A stretch of DNA of 64,000 nucleotides from Perna viridis (GCA_037379345.1 CM074515.1:18476001-18540000), one strand, 5' to 3'; numbered from the stretch's first letter, positions 26,002-39,930 are shown. Program-made: numbers and translations. Notes: generated from the letters alone by a model not told the origin.

Positions 26002-26246
26002 CTTCATCAAATACCCATTCAATTTGTTTTGCTGTTAAGTCATGAAAGCACACTGTTGTAAATTCAAGTTTTTCGAAAACAGCTTTCATCATCTCCAACT
26101 CTTTTAAATAGTACGGTCGTTCTGATGATTTACTAAAATTTCCGTTACTAATAATGACAGCTAAACCTCTATAGTAATGATTGAAGTCATAAGCAGTCTC
26201 TCGTCTGTGTCGTTTTCCATCTTTTGTCTTTGCACTTTTGACGACA
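26002..26246 (-). CDS. caspase-like cysteine protease (peptidase C14), exon with start of p20 domain
   Basis: Minus strand ttttcag|...|gtaata, 245 nt, phase 2/1. ...ETAYDFNHYYRGLAVIISNGNFSKSSERPYYLKELEMMKAVFEKLEFTTVCFHDLTAKQIEWVFDE fits the caspase pattern Y.....RG.A.II.N..F.....R.......F..L.F.....DLT. Confidence 0.88.
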
Positions 26247-27469
26247 CTGAAAATTACATATGAAGGTTAAATAATTGTTTTTGTTATAATTTCAGGCATT
26301 CAAGATTTCATCATTTTTTGATATTCAGAGATATCGTCTTCCCTTGAGTTTTGAGATTTTAGACATTTCTTCCTCCGTGTTGTTTTGATTCTCGTTTTTC
26401 AATCGGACTACTCGGCCATTTCCACTACACTTAAAAATAACCTCGGATGCAGAAAGGAGAATTTCTTCTTGAAAAAAAATTGCCGACATTGTAGTCATAC
26501 GGACTCAGACTAGTGTAATCCACCAGTTGGCAGTAAAACATTGTTAGATATCACTAGAAATAAAGAACAATAACTTTGTCAAGAATTTTAGCGCGAAGCG
26601 AGGATCTAGAGAAAAAAAAAGTAATGGCAAAATTTCAACCAGTGAAAGTATCATTTTATAATTGGATCCGTCAAATTTCGGACAGATTCTCCTGTCTAGT
26701 GCCTCTGAGGTTTTTCTTTTGTGTAACTAGAAAGGCTCTTGATTGTATCGTTCTAACGTGAATTGATATTTGTCTTTCGTTCTTTTTCCCAAATAAACAT
26801 GAGAGGAAGACCAAGCGTGCTCTAACTAGAAATATTGTATGATATTGCATGAAAGGTCACGTGTTCCCATTGAACTCAATTGGAAAACAGCCATGCAATA
26901 TCCAACTTTTTAGCATAAAAATTGCATATGGACAACTCAGCCTCTGAAGATAATGACTCCATGTGGAACAAAAGCACGAAATACCAGTGTCTGTATATCT
27001 CTCATTGGTCAATAATTGATTAATGGGTACGGTCAATTTATGTCACGAGTCATTTATAGCACCGCCTTCCTCGTTATCCAAACAGACTTCTCGTCCTGCA
27101 GGCGAGTCTATTTGAATAACTTGTAAGACCGTGTAGTATATATATATCTAAGTTCTGAGTTTGGTTTGCCCTTAATTTCACCTTATTAAGCTTCAATGCC
27201 AGATTAGATCTTAGGGTTAACTGAGTTACAGTATTTCAATCACAATATAATAATACGCAGGTATACATAGATCGTCTCGTCTTAAATAGATGAAACTGAT
27301 TTCTATGTATTTAGAAGCTGATCGGAGAGTAATTACCTCGGATCGTTATATTTGATATACACATAGAAATAAAAGCCCACAGTTACACAAAATGTTAATG
27401 GAAGCACGTTTGATTAGCAGCTTTGAAGAATAAATTTGTTCTTTAAAGACAATTCATATAAAAAGTATA

Positions 27470-28330
27470 ATAGGATAACTAATTGAAAAGTGTGAATAAC
27501 CAAAATATAAGAAGTGCCGAAGAACGCCTAGATTTAACTGGTGAGCAGAACTTGTTCCGCGCACGAGTTAAATCCTCAAGCGTTCTTGGCACGAGTGATA
27601 ATATTTTGGTTATTCACGGTAACCAATTGATTATTTTATTTATTATATAGATTTTCTTCATAGCTTATCGATATTGTCGATATGAATTTTAAATTCTGTG
27701 ATTGGCGGATTGATATAAAAGTTGCGACGTTTTGGCGTGGGAGGAAGCGCGAGAATGAAATTACCGATTTATTTCACAGTGTTAATTATCGAAATTTATT
27801 ACACTGGGGACATTCGACAAAACACTGCTACCTATACAATAATACTTACTCATTAAAGATTTTTGTAACATCGTCTTTAGAATCAACTGAAACACAAAGC
27901 GACAAGAAATATTATTATAACTTACATAAAAAAGGATTAATTCTATTGGATGAAATATAATCACGTGACATAGATTAATTTGGATATTTTGGGTTTTAAT
28001 CGCAAGAAAGGTTTGAATAACCCCCACTCAAGCCATCACTGAATAACCCTATTATTCAACGGTGAATAACCCATCAAAAATACAACAGCAGGTGAATAAC
28101 CCATTTTTGCAAATTAAGGATGGCATAGCACATTTAAAACCATGCATTTTTTGTCAGTCCTTTGTTTGTTCGGTATAATAAAAAATTACGGCACTCTAAT
28201 TCGGTGAATATCCAATATTGTTAACCTCACTAAGGTAATTCCCCTCGGGCTACAGCCCTCAGGGACATAACCCTAGTTCGGGTTGACAATTTTGGATATT
28301 CACCTCCTCAGAGGGCCGTTATTGTATCAT
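27470..28330. mobile_element. hairpin-ended non-autonomous element(s), Crypton-like
   Basis: Hairpins GTGAATAACCAAAATAT...ATATTTTGGTTATTCAC (27492-27617) and GTGAATATCCAA...TTGGATATTCAC (28204-28303), plus repeated TGAATAACCC motifs. Family assignment is from recall. Confidence 0.5.
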
Positions 28331-28549
28331 GATAAAAAAACGAAAAAACAAACAAACAAACAAAATGAGTTATTTGTTATCACCAAAATAATTAAAATAC
28401 AATTGAATAAAATACCGATATATATAATTATGTTAAATCAGAAAGCACAATATCCGTAAAATTTATCAACAAACAGTAAACCTGTCAATAAATTGGATGT
28501 CTTTCAATGACCTTTACTCCTACTTCTTGTTGTCGAGAATCTCTGCTAA

Positions 28550-29800
28550 CCGAAGAAGTAAACCAAAGTTGTCTTCGTCTTTTGTGTAAACCTCATATTT
28601 ACGGAGACATGACTTGAAGCAATCTTCGAAACAGCGGAGGTGTTGCGAAACAAACTTACAAACTTGTAAAATCCTGGTTCCCGGGATTACGCTTCAGGTA
28701 TTAGCCACTAGCCAAACAATTTCATGTACATACTGAATTTTGCGATCGGGAATCTACACTCAACGGCGTTCTTACAGGCCTTTCGAAATTCTCAGACATT
28801 ATTCAAACCGTGGATAAGTCGCGTAAAATAATTTGACCACTATTCCAGATTATTGAATTTTCTTGGTTGTTGCAAAGTGGTTTTTTTTGCCACGTTTTAC
28901 GATTGGTCATGGAGGCGACTAAACGAAGCAAAGTTATGACGAATATGTGCATAGAGTACTCAGTTTTCGATGGACGCAATGAAGATCAAAGTTCCGTAAT
29001 ATGTATGTTAAATAGACACGCACGCGACATACGTTTATACTTATGACACATATATATGAATTTGATTATAATCGAGTATGGTTAAATCCATCTAATAAAA
29101 TAATTTTCCCCGTGTTGTGAGTTTCCACGGGTTCTGTCGGCCAATATAGACAGTAATCTGTACATAATAGCAAGCATCGCGAAGCAGTGTGAGCTCTACG
29201 GTTATTACGCGTACTTTCTAAATTTCCCTTAAGGTTTCCAAATATACCAACGAAAACGAAGTCATGTCCCGGAAGTAACAAAAAATGACTGTCCTTACAG
29301 AGAAAATTGATCATTTCCTTCAATCAAACAAATAAAAAAATATAGGTTAAAATTACGTTACAGTAAAGTAAGTTCATCTTTTCTGGTAGTTGTCAAGTCT
29401 TTCTCTATTTTTTTTATATTTATTTAAAGAAGTGAATGTGATGTTTTTAAAAACTTCGGGAAACACGTGGATGTACGTACGTGTATCCCCGCTGTTCTAC
29501 TGTCGATGTTGCCAAGAACCTAACCAGCCATGAAAAAAACATAACTCCGATTACATTATCAAAATCGAAGCATAGCTTTTCTAAGATAGGAAAGGCAATC
29601 ATTTTCCTGTTTTGAATTTGCAGCTGTCGTCTGAATTTTGTTAACGTCACATGATATGTGTAAAATATTCCCCCCATCCGTGCAGAACTGTAATATTTCC
29701 GGTATCTGTACAGATAGATCTGACCGATCAAAACTGAAATGGATGTTGCTAGAGAAGCCCCTAAGGGATAAAAAAAATGTAAATTATTGCGAAGTGCTAT
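28550..29800. promoter_or_regulatory. CpG-enriched promoter-like region upstream of the caspase gene
   Basis: Visibly more CpG than the surroundings, ETS-type CCGGAAGT at 29269-29276, and position 5' of the minus-strand caspase exons. Confidence 0.3.
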
Positions 29801-32118
29801 AAAGTTACCGAACATTTTGAATGCGAGGGGAAAAGGGGTATGGGATTGGAATATTTTGGGGAGAAAAAAATTCAACTTATTCATTTATTCAAAAACTCCC
29901 TCAATAATTAACAAGACATATTTTCAAATAGAAATGTTGATTTCGCTTCCTGCTTAAAGATAAATAAAAATGTTGCACTTGCGAAGCAAAAGTTTTTCAT
30001 CCGGATCAATCCCCCTCTTTGTAATGACCTTTATTATTTTTACGAGTCTCGCACCGACGGTACATGTATGGTAAAGCTCATGGTGCTCGCTGATTTAGGC
30101 ATTGCCTACTCCATATTAATTTGATACACAACAATATTGATTATCCATATATGAAAACAATCATTATTGTACATCAAATGTAAACATGTTATTCTACATC
30201 ATATGTAAACATGTAATTCTACATTGCTACATGCACCATATTGACTGATGCTTTTTAAAATATTTCAGTGATAAAGGTTTTAATAGGTAAAATATTATAT
30301 CTTCATGGTCAAATCTAAACTTCTGGTTTATTTTTTCAAGCAGTCACATATACAAAAGCATAAACTTTTAATAGGCAGAGAGAAGACCGTTAACTTGTAT
30401 GTTTGTGTACTATACGACAGTATATATGTACATATCATGCATATTACACAACCCTTACCTTGTACTGAATGTCGAGTTACATGCACGGATGACATATTCC
30501 AACAGGAAATAAATAAATATTTAATGTGATGACAGGTTATGTATTAACGATTGTATAGGAAATCGTTGTGGCTATCCATAAGTGGTTGACCTCTGACAGT
30601 TTACTTCAGAAACACTATGTAAATAAAAGTAATTAGTAACTTTTACTTTGAAATGTTCTTTTTGTAACGTATGTAGTTAAAGAAATCTAAAAAAATGTAA
30701 TGAATAAAAGTGAATTCAAATCATCTACAAACGCGTTCATACGTAAAGGAAATTCTGATGCAAATCATTTTACAAATTCAATTTGATTCAGCGAAATCAA
30801 CTACGAAATTATGGGGAGTGGGTAATATGTGAACAGAACTCTGCCTAACATTCATTGCACTTTTTATGTAGACAATCGATGGTTTGGCAGATATCATTGA
30901 AATTTAACCCCTCAAAAACAACATTAAGCCAGAATATCACCTTTATACAATTCTTATTGAAAGCAATAGCAAAGAGACCACGAGAAAAACAAGCTTTATG
31001 ACATTCATGATCATGTCTGTCGACCAAAAACACCGACAAAACACCATGCATAAATACCACAAATAATCCCCACAGCTCTATTTTAAGTCATTTTTTCACC
31101 ACGTGCTTTCCATTAATGTCACCATATGCTAATATGACTTACTCAAAATTCTTTGAAAACGTAAAACGTCATGTGATAAACATCTGTATGGCAAAAAAAA
31201 TAATAATAATAAAATAAAAATAAAACAAGCCATATGACTGTAGATAGGTTTTACCTAATTTACTAAACACATGCACTGTCGAATATTCATGAAAAGACGC
31301 AGCCTAGATTTTACACGAAATGGTGACCATTAAAATTCTACAATGACGTCGATAAAATTGGTAAAACTAGTCCATATGACGCCGTAAATAAGACCGTCAT
31401 AAATTTCACGGCGGTGCATTCTTGGTATCTTTGAATCATAGTTATTAGTTACTTGTCAACAGTAAAATTGTTGTTTTCTTTCCGTGTTTTCATGTATTAT
31501 GAAGACATGAATCAGGAGATTAGTCTGTCATAAGAAAATAATTTCATGGAAAAAAACACTAGATTTTATGTAATATTACTTGAAACTTAAATAGGATATC
31601 ATTAACAGACCATCTAATCTAGGCTTAGCACGAACGTCTGCTGAAAAAATATGGTTAACCCACAATTTCTACACGTTACATCAATATTTAGTGTTGAAGA
31701 CTAGCATATGGGCTTTTTTACCTGTGTCTTGTGTATCTACAAACCCTTATAAATCCTTAAAAGATATTAGCAAATAAGACTCGCTTCTAATATCTAGTTA
31801 TTAATCATGAGATCTGACTTAATCAAACAGTTGCAAAAATATGTATACAATTGCCCTTCCAAAACTAAAAGAGCCAATAACAAATATTTACTGGACGAAT
31901 ACGGGCAAACAGGTTCTATATGAAAAAAAATATTAATAAAAAACCCAGACCCCGGATTTTCACTACTACTGAACTTTGCTGAACCGTTAATTTAACTACA
32001 GAAACTGATTGTTTTGTCAGTTTTGTTACCTTATATTTAATAGAACGGAGAACATCAATCACACTTTTAAGCAAGAATTGGACATTCTTATTCTGGAAGT
32101 TTTGACACTCGTAAGAAT

Positions 32119-32158
<40 letters not shown>

Positions 32159-32209
32159 GAACTGGATAACAAAGGTGTTATAGAATGTGTTTATCCCGTT
32201 TTATGTTCT

Positions 32210-32600
32210 CAAACAGTCGTATTCGGACTCCGACAGCTGTATTGGGCATCAGATATATCGCCTTATTAGGCTTCGGATAGCCGTATTGGGTCTCAGAAAA
32301 ATGTGATGGGTCTCGGATAGCTCGATTAAGCATCGGATAGCCGATTTGGTCTTGGATAACTTTATTAGGCTTCAGATAGCAGTATTAGGCTTCAGATAGC
32401 AGTATTAGGCTTCAGATAGCCGTATTGGGCCTCAGAAAGATGTATTGGGCTTCGGTTAGCTGTATTGGGCCTCGATAGCTGTTGAGCTTCGGAGAGCTGA
32501 ATGGGGTCTCGTATAGCTGTATTAGGCCTCGAATAGTTGTCGTCAGTCTCGAATAGCTGTTTTGGAACGCGGGTAGCCGTATTGGACCTTGAGTTGCATC
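32210..32600 (+). repeat. 20-bp minisatellite GGCTTCGGATAGCCGTATTG-like, probably internal to a non-autonomous element
   Basis: Near-perfect GGCTTCAGATAGCAGTATTA copies at 32368-32427, degenerating outward. Confidence 0.85.
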
Positions 32601-33639
32601 AGTCCAAAACAGATATCCTCGTCACAATAGAACCGTCTTTGGACATAATACAAGACCAATATGTAAAACCCAATTCTTTTACCCAATAATATTTCATTCA
32701 GATTGGATCATCATGATACAAGAATATGTGGAGCAGCTGTACCCATTATTAGACCTAGATTTATACAAAATTAACCCAACCGAATGACCCAAATCTACAG
32801 AAATAGTACACTATATCGATTACTCTTTACTGTATTGTAAATCGTCAGTTACTGCGATGGCTTAATGGTAAATAGCACGTCGTGAATTACTTTGATGACG
32901 GAAAACCCGATAGCCAATTGGAACTTCCACGATTATTTTGTTTTTACAAACTAATGTTCTTTTAATGTATCGTAAATGACCGAGTAGTTCCGATTGACCC
33001 AAACATTTATAAATCTTCCAGTATCAACTATCTCGTCTCGTGATTTCAAGACAAGAGTTATCACTACTTACAACTCCGGATCCGGAGTTCGAGTTTTTAA
33101 AGATCAACCAATCTTTGTTTATAAGACAAAGTTATTATGAACGTCTTTCCTACCTTTCTTGTTCATGTCAGAAAAAATCAGTCATCGTTTAAAACACGTT
33201 TGTGACACACATTACGGATCAAGTACTTTAGTGTTGGGTTTCCGTGTATTATTTAAGGAAATAATATCGTTTAGTTTTAAAAACCCCTATCGTCCCATCA
33301 TTCAATTGAACATATATCTTATTGTTCTTTCATTAATGATAATGATAGCGATTGTATAATATTTGTAAAAAAAAAATCAATGACTATAAAACAAGGTTCT
33401 GTTTTTATCATTTGTGTCACTTATTGGATCACACATATTTATACACACAATTACACATTAATATACAATGTCAAATAGCAGTCGTTTGTAGATTGTATTT
33501 GAAAAACAACACATTTTTTACTGAACATTATAAATGAAATTGTCGTATGAAATATTTGTAGAGATAAATATTTAAATTCAAATGGGTTGTTTACATACCT
33601 AACATTGACTACATTATGATTGATGACGATGATGATTAT

Positions 33640-34330
33640 TAGCAAGATCGTCGTATAAATCATACATTAGTAAGACTGTCGTGCAAAACTTTTATATGTA
33701 ATATTGTATAAATCATTAATTTGGAAGATTGTCGTATAAAACTTTTATTAGTAAGATTGCCATATTAAGCAATTTTTAGTAAGATTATCATATAAACCTT
33801 TATTTGTAATATTCTTATATAAAACATTTATTAGTAAGATTGTTACATAAAGCATTTGTTAGACAGATTGTCGTATAAAGCATTTATTAGTAAGATTGTC
33901 ATATAATACTTGTATGAGTAAATTGTCATAAGAAAGCAATTATTGATTAGATTGTCGTATAAAACTTTTATTAGTAAGATTATCGTATCAAACTTATATT
34001 AGTAAGGTTGTCGTTAAAAAAAACTTGTATTAGTAAGATTGTTGTATAAAACTTGTATTAGTAAGACTGTCGTTTAAAACTTGTATTAGTAAGACTGTCG
34101 TTTAAAACTTGTATTAATAATATCGTATAAATCTTGTTTTAGTCAGATCGTCGTATGAAACAGTAAGATTGTCATGTAAATCACTTTTAGTAAGATTGTT
34201 GTATAAAACATTTATTAGTACGACTGTCGTATAAATGAGTTATTAGTTAGATTACCGTCCCATAAATCACGCATTAGAAATATTGTCGTATGCATAATAT
34301 ATTTGTAATATTATTTTATAAATCATTAAT
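33640..34330 (+). repeat. 28-bp satellite TATTAGTAAGATTGTCGTATAAAACTTG
   Basis: ~24 degenerate copies; further pieces at 36300-36390, 36745-36810 and ~41710. Confidence 0.9.
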
Positions 34331-34334
34331 TAGA

Positions 34335-36015
34335 CAAAAAGAAAATAGCCTAAATACAAAACAGTAAATACTTTCAGAGATCACCAAAAGTTCTTCAGCA
34401 AGTGTAAACACACCTTCATTGTTGAGACTGATCTACCTGATGATGTACCCGATCTCCATTAACCATCAATGATTTTACCATTTCAGAAGTGAAGTAATGG
34501 GTTAACTTAATATATTAGATCAAAATAAACCAGCAGGTCCTGATGGAATATCTCCCAGAAAAGTGGGGAAAATAGGTTTGATCAGGCCTCTTGTACTACT
34601 TTCTAAATATTTGTTACACTTTAAAGAGGTTTCTATTGCATGGAAAATTTCACATGCTTCAACTATCTATATGGGTAAAGGTAGTCCTAATGATAGTCTT
34701 AACTACGCCCTATTTTTCTTACTAGTATTATTTCCAAAATTATGAAGAAAATTTTAAATCATATGAAAGTGAATAACTTATTATCAAAATATCGGTCTGG
34801 CTTTCAACCAGGTGATAGTACTGTTAATAAGCTTTTGAAAATTTATAATATGATATTTTCAAATCTTGATGCTGACAAAGATATCCATTTTAATTTTTGC
34901 GACATATCCAAAGCCTGTGATAAGGTATGGCACAGTGGCCTGGTCTAAAAACTTAAGTTTTAGGAAATAAACAACAAGTCAAGTGGAATTTTGATAACTG
35001 TCAAGTCAAGAAGTTGTTCTAGATGATTTCTCACCTGTAATTCAAAATATTTCTGCAGTGGTACCTTAAGGATCTGTCTAGGGGGCCCTTTTAATTTTCG
35101 ATTTACATAAATAGTATTGTAGTTGATATAAATAATAGTAGTCGCCTTATTTTGCGAATGATACGTCATTATTTGATGTGATATATACTTATGATAAATA
35201 AGTTTTTCAACTTTGACAAATGACCTAGGTTGTATAGATAAAGGGCTAAAAATTGGGTCGTAATTTTAATTTATCAAGAACTGAGAGTATGACATTCATC
35301 AGAAGGAATATAGAATTTCCTGTTATTTATTTTGGACAAGGAGGTAACGAAAGTAAGCAAGTTTCACTGTCATTTAGGCCTTAATTTTCAGAACAATGCA
35401 TCTTGGAATTTTCATATTAATGATATGTATAAGAAGGCATGTTTCAGAAGTAGTCCATTGAGACACCTCAAACACTCTCTCGACAGAAAATCTTTATGAA
35501 CTATTTTTTTGGTAAGTCTTTGTTCTGTTTTACTGTTTCTCATCTCATTTCATTTAAATTTCTACAAAATTTATTTTTCATTTCTAAGTTCTATATATTC
35601 ATTTTTTAACTTTTTATATATATTTTTTTCTCGTCTTTCCCTTTCCTTGCAAAATGTGTTTACAGACGTAATTCATGCTTATTTATGATATTACTTTATA
35701 ATATAAGTGATAAATTGTTTAACCTCTTTTTGAAAATTTTGCGTTGTCTACAATTCGCATGGTGAAAGGAAATTTGCATAAACTTGGTTGACCCAAAATT
35801 TAAACAATGACATAAAATTGTCAGATATATTTGAAATTAATAGTATTTTATTGGAATGAAATCATTAAATAATGACGTATTATTACGCACTGCAGTAATT
35901 TGTAAACTAGTAATAATGATCATCAATTTATTTGAGTAGATGGTTAAAATCAAATCATAACATACAGTCATGTAGATTGTTGAATTAGTATTAATCCTCC
36001 CTTTACCAATATATG

Positions 36016-36050
<35 letters not shown>

Positions 36051-36252
36051 CTGAAATATGTGAACCAATCTGTCTTACACATTTTGTAACAATAGCCATG
36101 CTTATCATATACATGTATCTAAATAACAGTTTATATTGTATTGCTTATCGACTGTGGGTATTGTACCTTGTTTCTACGGAGAGGGCTCATATGGGCATTG
36201 CCCGTTGCCCGATCCTATTCAGCCTTATACTGAATAAAATATTGTTTAAACT
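34335..36252 (+). mobile_element. decayed CR1-clade LINE (RT domain, internally deleted, with 3' end)
   Basis: KPAGPDGISP, SGFQPGDSTVN, FCDISKACDKVWHSGL, VP*GSV.GP, LFA.DT and HLGL motifs with stops and frameshifts; 3' terminus AATAAAATATTGTTTAAACT. Confidence 0.88.
36017..36049. repeat. (AC)n microsatellite
   Basis: ~16 AC units. Confidence 0.95.
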
Positions 36253-37399
36253 TAACAGATCATGGTATGAGGGATCTTTAATGGATTTAGCTTTGAACTG
36301 TATTAGTTGGATTGTTGTATAAATCATTTATTAGTTAGATTTTTGTATAAATCATTTATAAGTTTGATTGTCGTATAAACTATTTAGTACCATTTAAGGT
36401 ATGTTTTTAAAGTTTTCAATAGGTTATACGATATTACCGAAAATACCTTTTTTGCGGGATTTTACACATTTACGAGGTTAATAACTGGTCAATCCAGGTT
36501 ATTGGGGATAACCTGTTCAGGAAATAAATACATTCCTTGTAATCATATGTTCTAATGGGTTCAAATCCAAATATTAAGAATTGTTTGATTATAAAACATT
36601 GATATGTTTGGGATAATTTGAATCATGGAGTGCGGACCGATTGACGTTAATGACGTCACATTACTAAAGCAAGTGATACAAAATAACTTTAATTGTTCAA
36701 AGCGAAATAACCAATTAGAAAGCTTGTTACAAATCCAGTGAAATAATTGTCGCATAAATCATTTATAAGTCAGATTTTTGTATATTTGTTTTAAATAAGA
36801 TTGTCATGTCAGTCGTTTTTCTGAAAATTACTTTTGTCAAGTTTATTTTGGACTTGATTTAATTATGGATCGGAATAATGTTTTGTATTTTTTGTTGTTG
36901 TTACCCTAATTTATCACTTCGTCTGCGGACTGTGTTAACGAACATGTTTTAGACTAGTAAATATCATTGTCATGCTATTTGCAATATCCTGAGTTTATTC
37001 TAAATTTATGATTTTGAAATGGATTTTCTTATATCATCATCCTGTGATGGTCCTATAAGTTGGGATCAAATAATAGTTACACGTACAACAACCATGACTT
37101 GCATATACATGCATACCCGAGAAATCGATCATACGATGATAGGCTGTTTAATGATCGATCTATTGGATTACTTAAATGTCAAAGAATTTTGGATATTTGC
37201 GGATTTGTCAATGCATACCGAATGGTTACAATCATTTTCTTTTTTCTGTACAAATTATTACAGCTACGACACAGGAAATTTTCAATATGTAAACACAAGC
37301 AAGACTGAATGTAATGGTATTACTGACTTACGAGTGACAATCACTGAATCAATGTTGTCTCACCTAAGTCAGTAAAACCATTACAGCTACCTTTGATGA

Positions 37400-37860
37400 T
37401 TAATGGCCTGGTTTCAGGAAGTTGAATCCCATAAACATCTTGGTATCATTTCTTTCAAATAATGATTCCTGGCATGACCATATTGATTACATAGTAAACA
37501 AGGCTCATTGTAGGATAAATATCTTACGAAAGATACGTTTCATTCTTGTTAGATTCAGTGTAGAGAAAATGCATTTCTCTTTGATAGGACCAATTTTAGA
37601 ATATGGTGACGTCATTTGGGACAACTCGACAATGTCTATAGTTAACAAGTTAGAATGTGTTCAGATAAAAGTTATGCGAATTGTGACGGGAGGGATTAAA
37701 CTAACATCTATTAATAAACTTTATGAGGAAACGGGATGGGAAAAACTTTCGGACAAAAGGGAAAAAAACATAGACTTATATTATTACATAGTTTTATCAA
37801 CAAGGAAACGGTGGTGTAATTGCAATCGCTAATTCCATACTCGGTAGATTCTTTGCAAGA

Positions 37861-37895
<35 letters not shown>

Positions 37896-38606
37896 GAAAT
37901 TCGCACTAGAACTAATTTCTACTCAGAATCCTTTTTTGCCAGCGTCAGTTAACCTGTGGAACAAACTTCCACAGTTTACTAGATGTTCTATCTCCATTTA
38001 CATTTTTAGAAATAGAATTTAAGGACATTTGATAAAATGCCCGAATCTTTACTTTATTGGTACACGACTAGGGTGAATATTACATGCCAGATTGTAAATG
38101 AACAGAGCTTCATCTAATGAACATCTGTCCAATCGTAACCTCGTCAAGTCCACTAAGTGGACCTGTGGTCATATCGAACTTCCCATTTTGTTCTTTTGTC
38201 CAAAATACACTCTGTTACGAAATTAAATCATATTTTCTATGGCATTTGATGTACATATTACTGTAAACGTACTGTTGTATGGCTCAAATGTTCTAAATGC
38301 TGAACAAAATGCAGATGTTTATTATCAAATGTAAAAGGTTTCTTAATTCTTGACGTCCATGTACTGCATGTCTTCACAATTTTGTAAATCCTTATTTATA
38401 TTTGTTTGTCTTATTTACTAGTCAATTGACAAATCATTACACACATCATTTGATTTATAAGAATCTTCTTGCAAGTTTAATCTTAAGGACACGGAACTTT
38501 GTAAAAGCTGTATAGCTTCCATCCGAATCCTATCATTAGTTTTGTATGTAAATGTGTTTACTGTATTTGCTTATGCAAATAAACTTGAACAAGTATGTTT
38601 AAACTA
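37400..38606 (+). mobile_element. 5'-truncated CR1-clade LINE, post-RT region and 3' UTR
   Basis: ORF 37422-37832 SWHDHID...PILEYGDVIWDN...LECVQ...MRIVTG...LYEETGWEKLS; 3' end AATAAA...TATGTTTAAACT similar to the copy ending at 36252. Confidence 0.88.
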
Positions 38607-39224
38607 AGAATGAGTGTTTCTGTGTTATCTGTTGGAATCATGGCAATCCGTTTAAGGGGTCATACTAATATAAAGGATATTACGATAAAATCTTCCAATA
38701 GGCAGACGACATCGCACTTTTTTGTTGGTCAAAGTTTGACATAGAAGTGGCGTTGAATGAAGTTGATATTTTGGGGACAATTTCTGGATTATTACTTAAT
38801 AGAAGTAAAACTGAGAGGTTATGGATAATAAAGTAAAAATTGTGTAAAGAAAAAGTGGCAGGCATTTCTTGGACAGATAAAGCTGTTAAAGCCCTCGGGG
38901 TATATTTTGAAAACAGTAAAGAGGAGTGCTAAAAGAAAAATTGGGGAAACAAGATCAAAAAGATTAACACTTTATTGAAACGCGGGAAAAAACGAAATCT
39001 TACCCAATTCGGAAAGATACTAATTATTAAGGCATACATCTTGCCCATTTTCACTTTCCTAGGTACTGCATGTACGATCCGAGGGACTTGTATAAAAGAA
39101 ATAGAGTCAAGTTTATTTTTAAAGATTTATTTGGGATGACAAAAAACCAGATCGAGTACAAATGAAAGTTTCATGCATGCCATACAAGTTTGGCGATTTA
39201 AATATGGCAAATTTGAAAAAAAAA

Positions 39225-39930
39225 CCAATTATGGCGTTAAAAGCAAGATGGGCCAGAATATAACTAGCAGAGGTATGTTTAATATGTCAAAGAGACAACA
39301 ATGGGATGTCAGTCCGAGGCCACCCATCAATGAACGACCAGGAAACTCCTGACTTGGGACAGGCGCAATAAATGCAGCGGGGTACTTTGAGATGATCACA
39401 ACACTCCGCCTTTTAAATCTTGCATGTGTGGAAAAATATAACACAATTTAACATACCTTAAATCAGTTAAAAAGGACTGAGTTCCTTATTACAAAGGAAA
39501 CAAAGAAACTGAATATAAATACACAAATGTACATCACATTTTTTTTTCAACCGACACAAGGAACTCACTATCAAATACAGATGAACTTGTAAATGATTAA
39601 TACGTGGGGGTATCTATCACCCTTTGTTTTACGGTATTTGACACAAAGCACAGAAAGCTCGATATACTTACCCAATAACTTAACCAAACCGTTGAATAGG
39701 CTTATTCGCAAGGGATATGGTTATCATATTGTTGCCAAATCTTTAAAGATAGAATTTTTTATTTCAAAATTGATTCGCTCTTAAAGTCTTTACATAGAAA
39801 TTAAAACACTATTTCAAAGCTGTTTTTGGCATGACATGGGTTGTGTCTTTATTGTATGACTTATGATGTACCGTAATTTTCAACACCGCATGGCAAGAAT
39901 TGGGATTGATTTTACAATACAATAGGGACA
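39225..39930. mobile_element. Penelope-like retroelement fragments
   Basis: LTKPLNRLIRKGYGY..V.KSLKI peptide (ORF 39593-39784) and a CCTGTCCCAAGTCAGGAG motif on minus that I recall as common in mussel repeats. Confidence 0.5.

Noticed and set aside
29447-29884. 145-aa minus-strand ORF
   Set aside because: No recognisable domain, and composition typical of non-coding AT-rich DNA.
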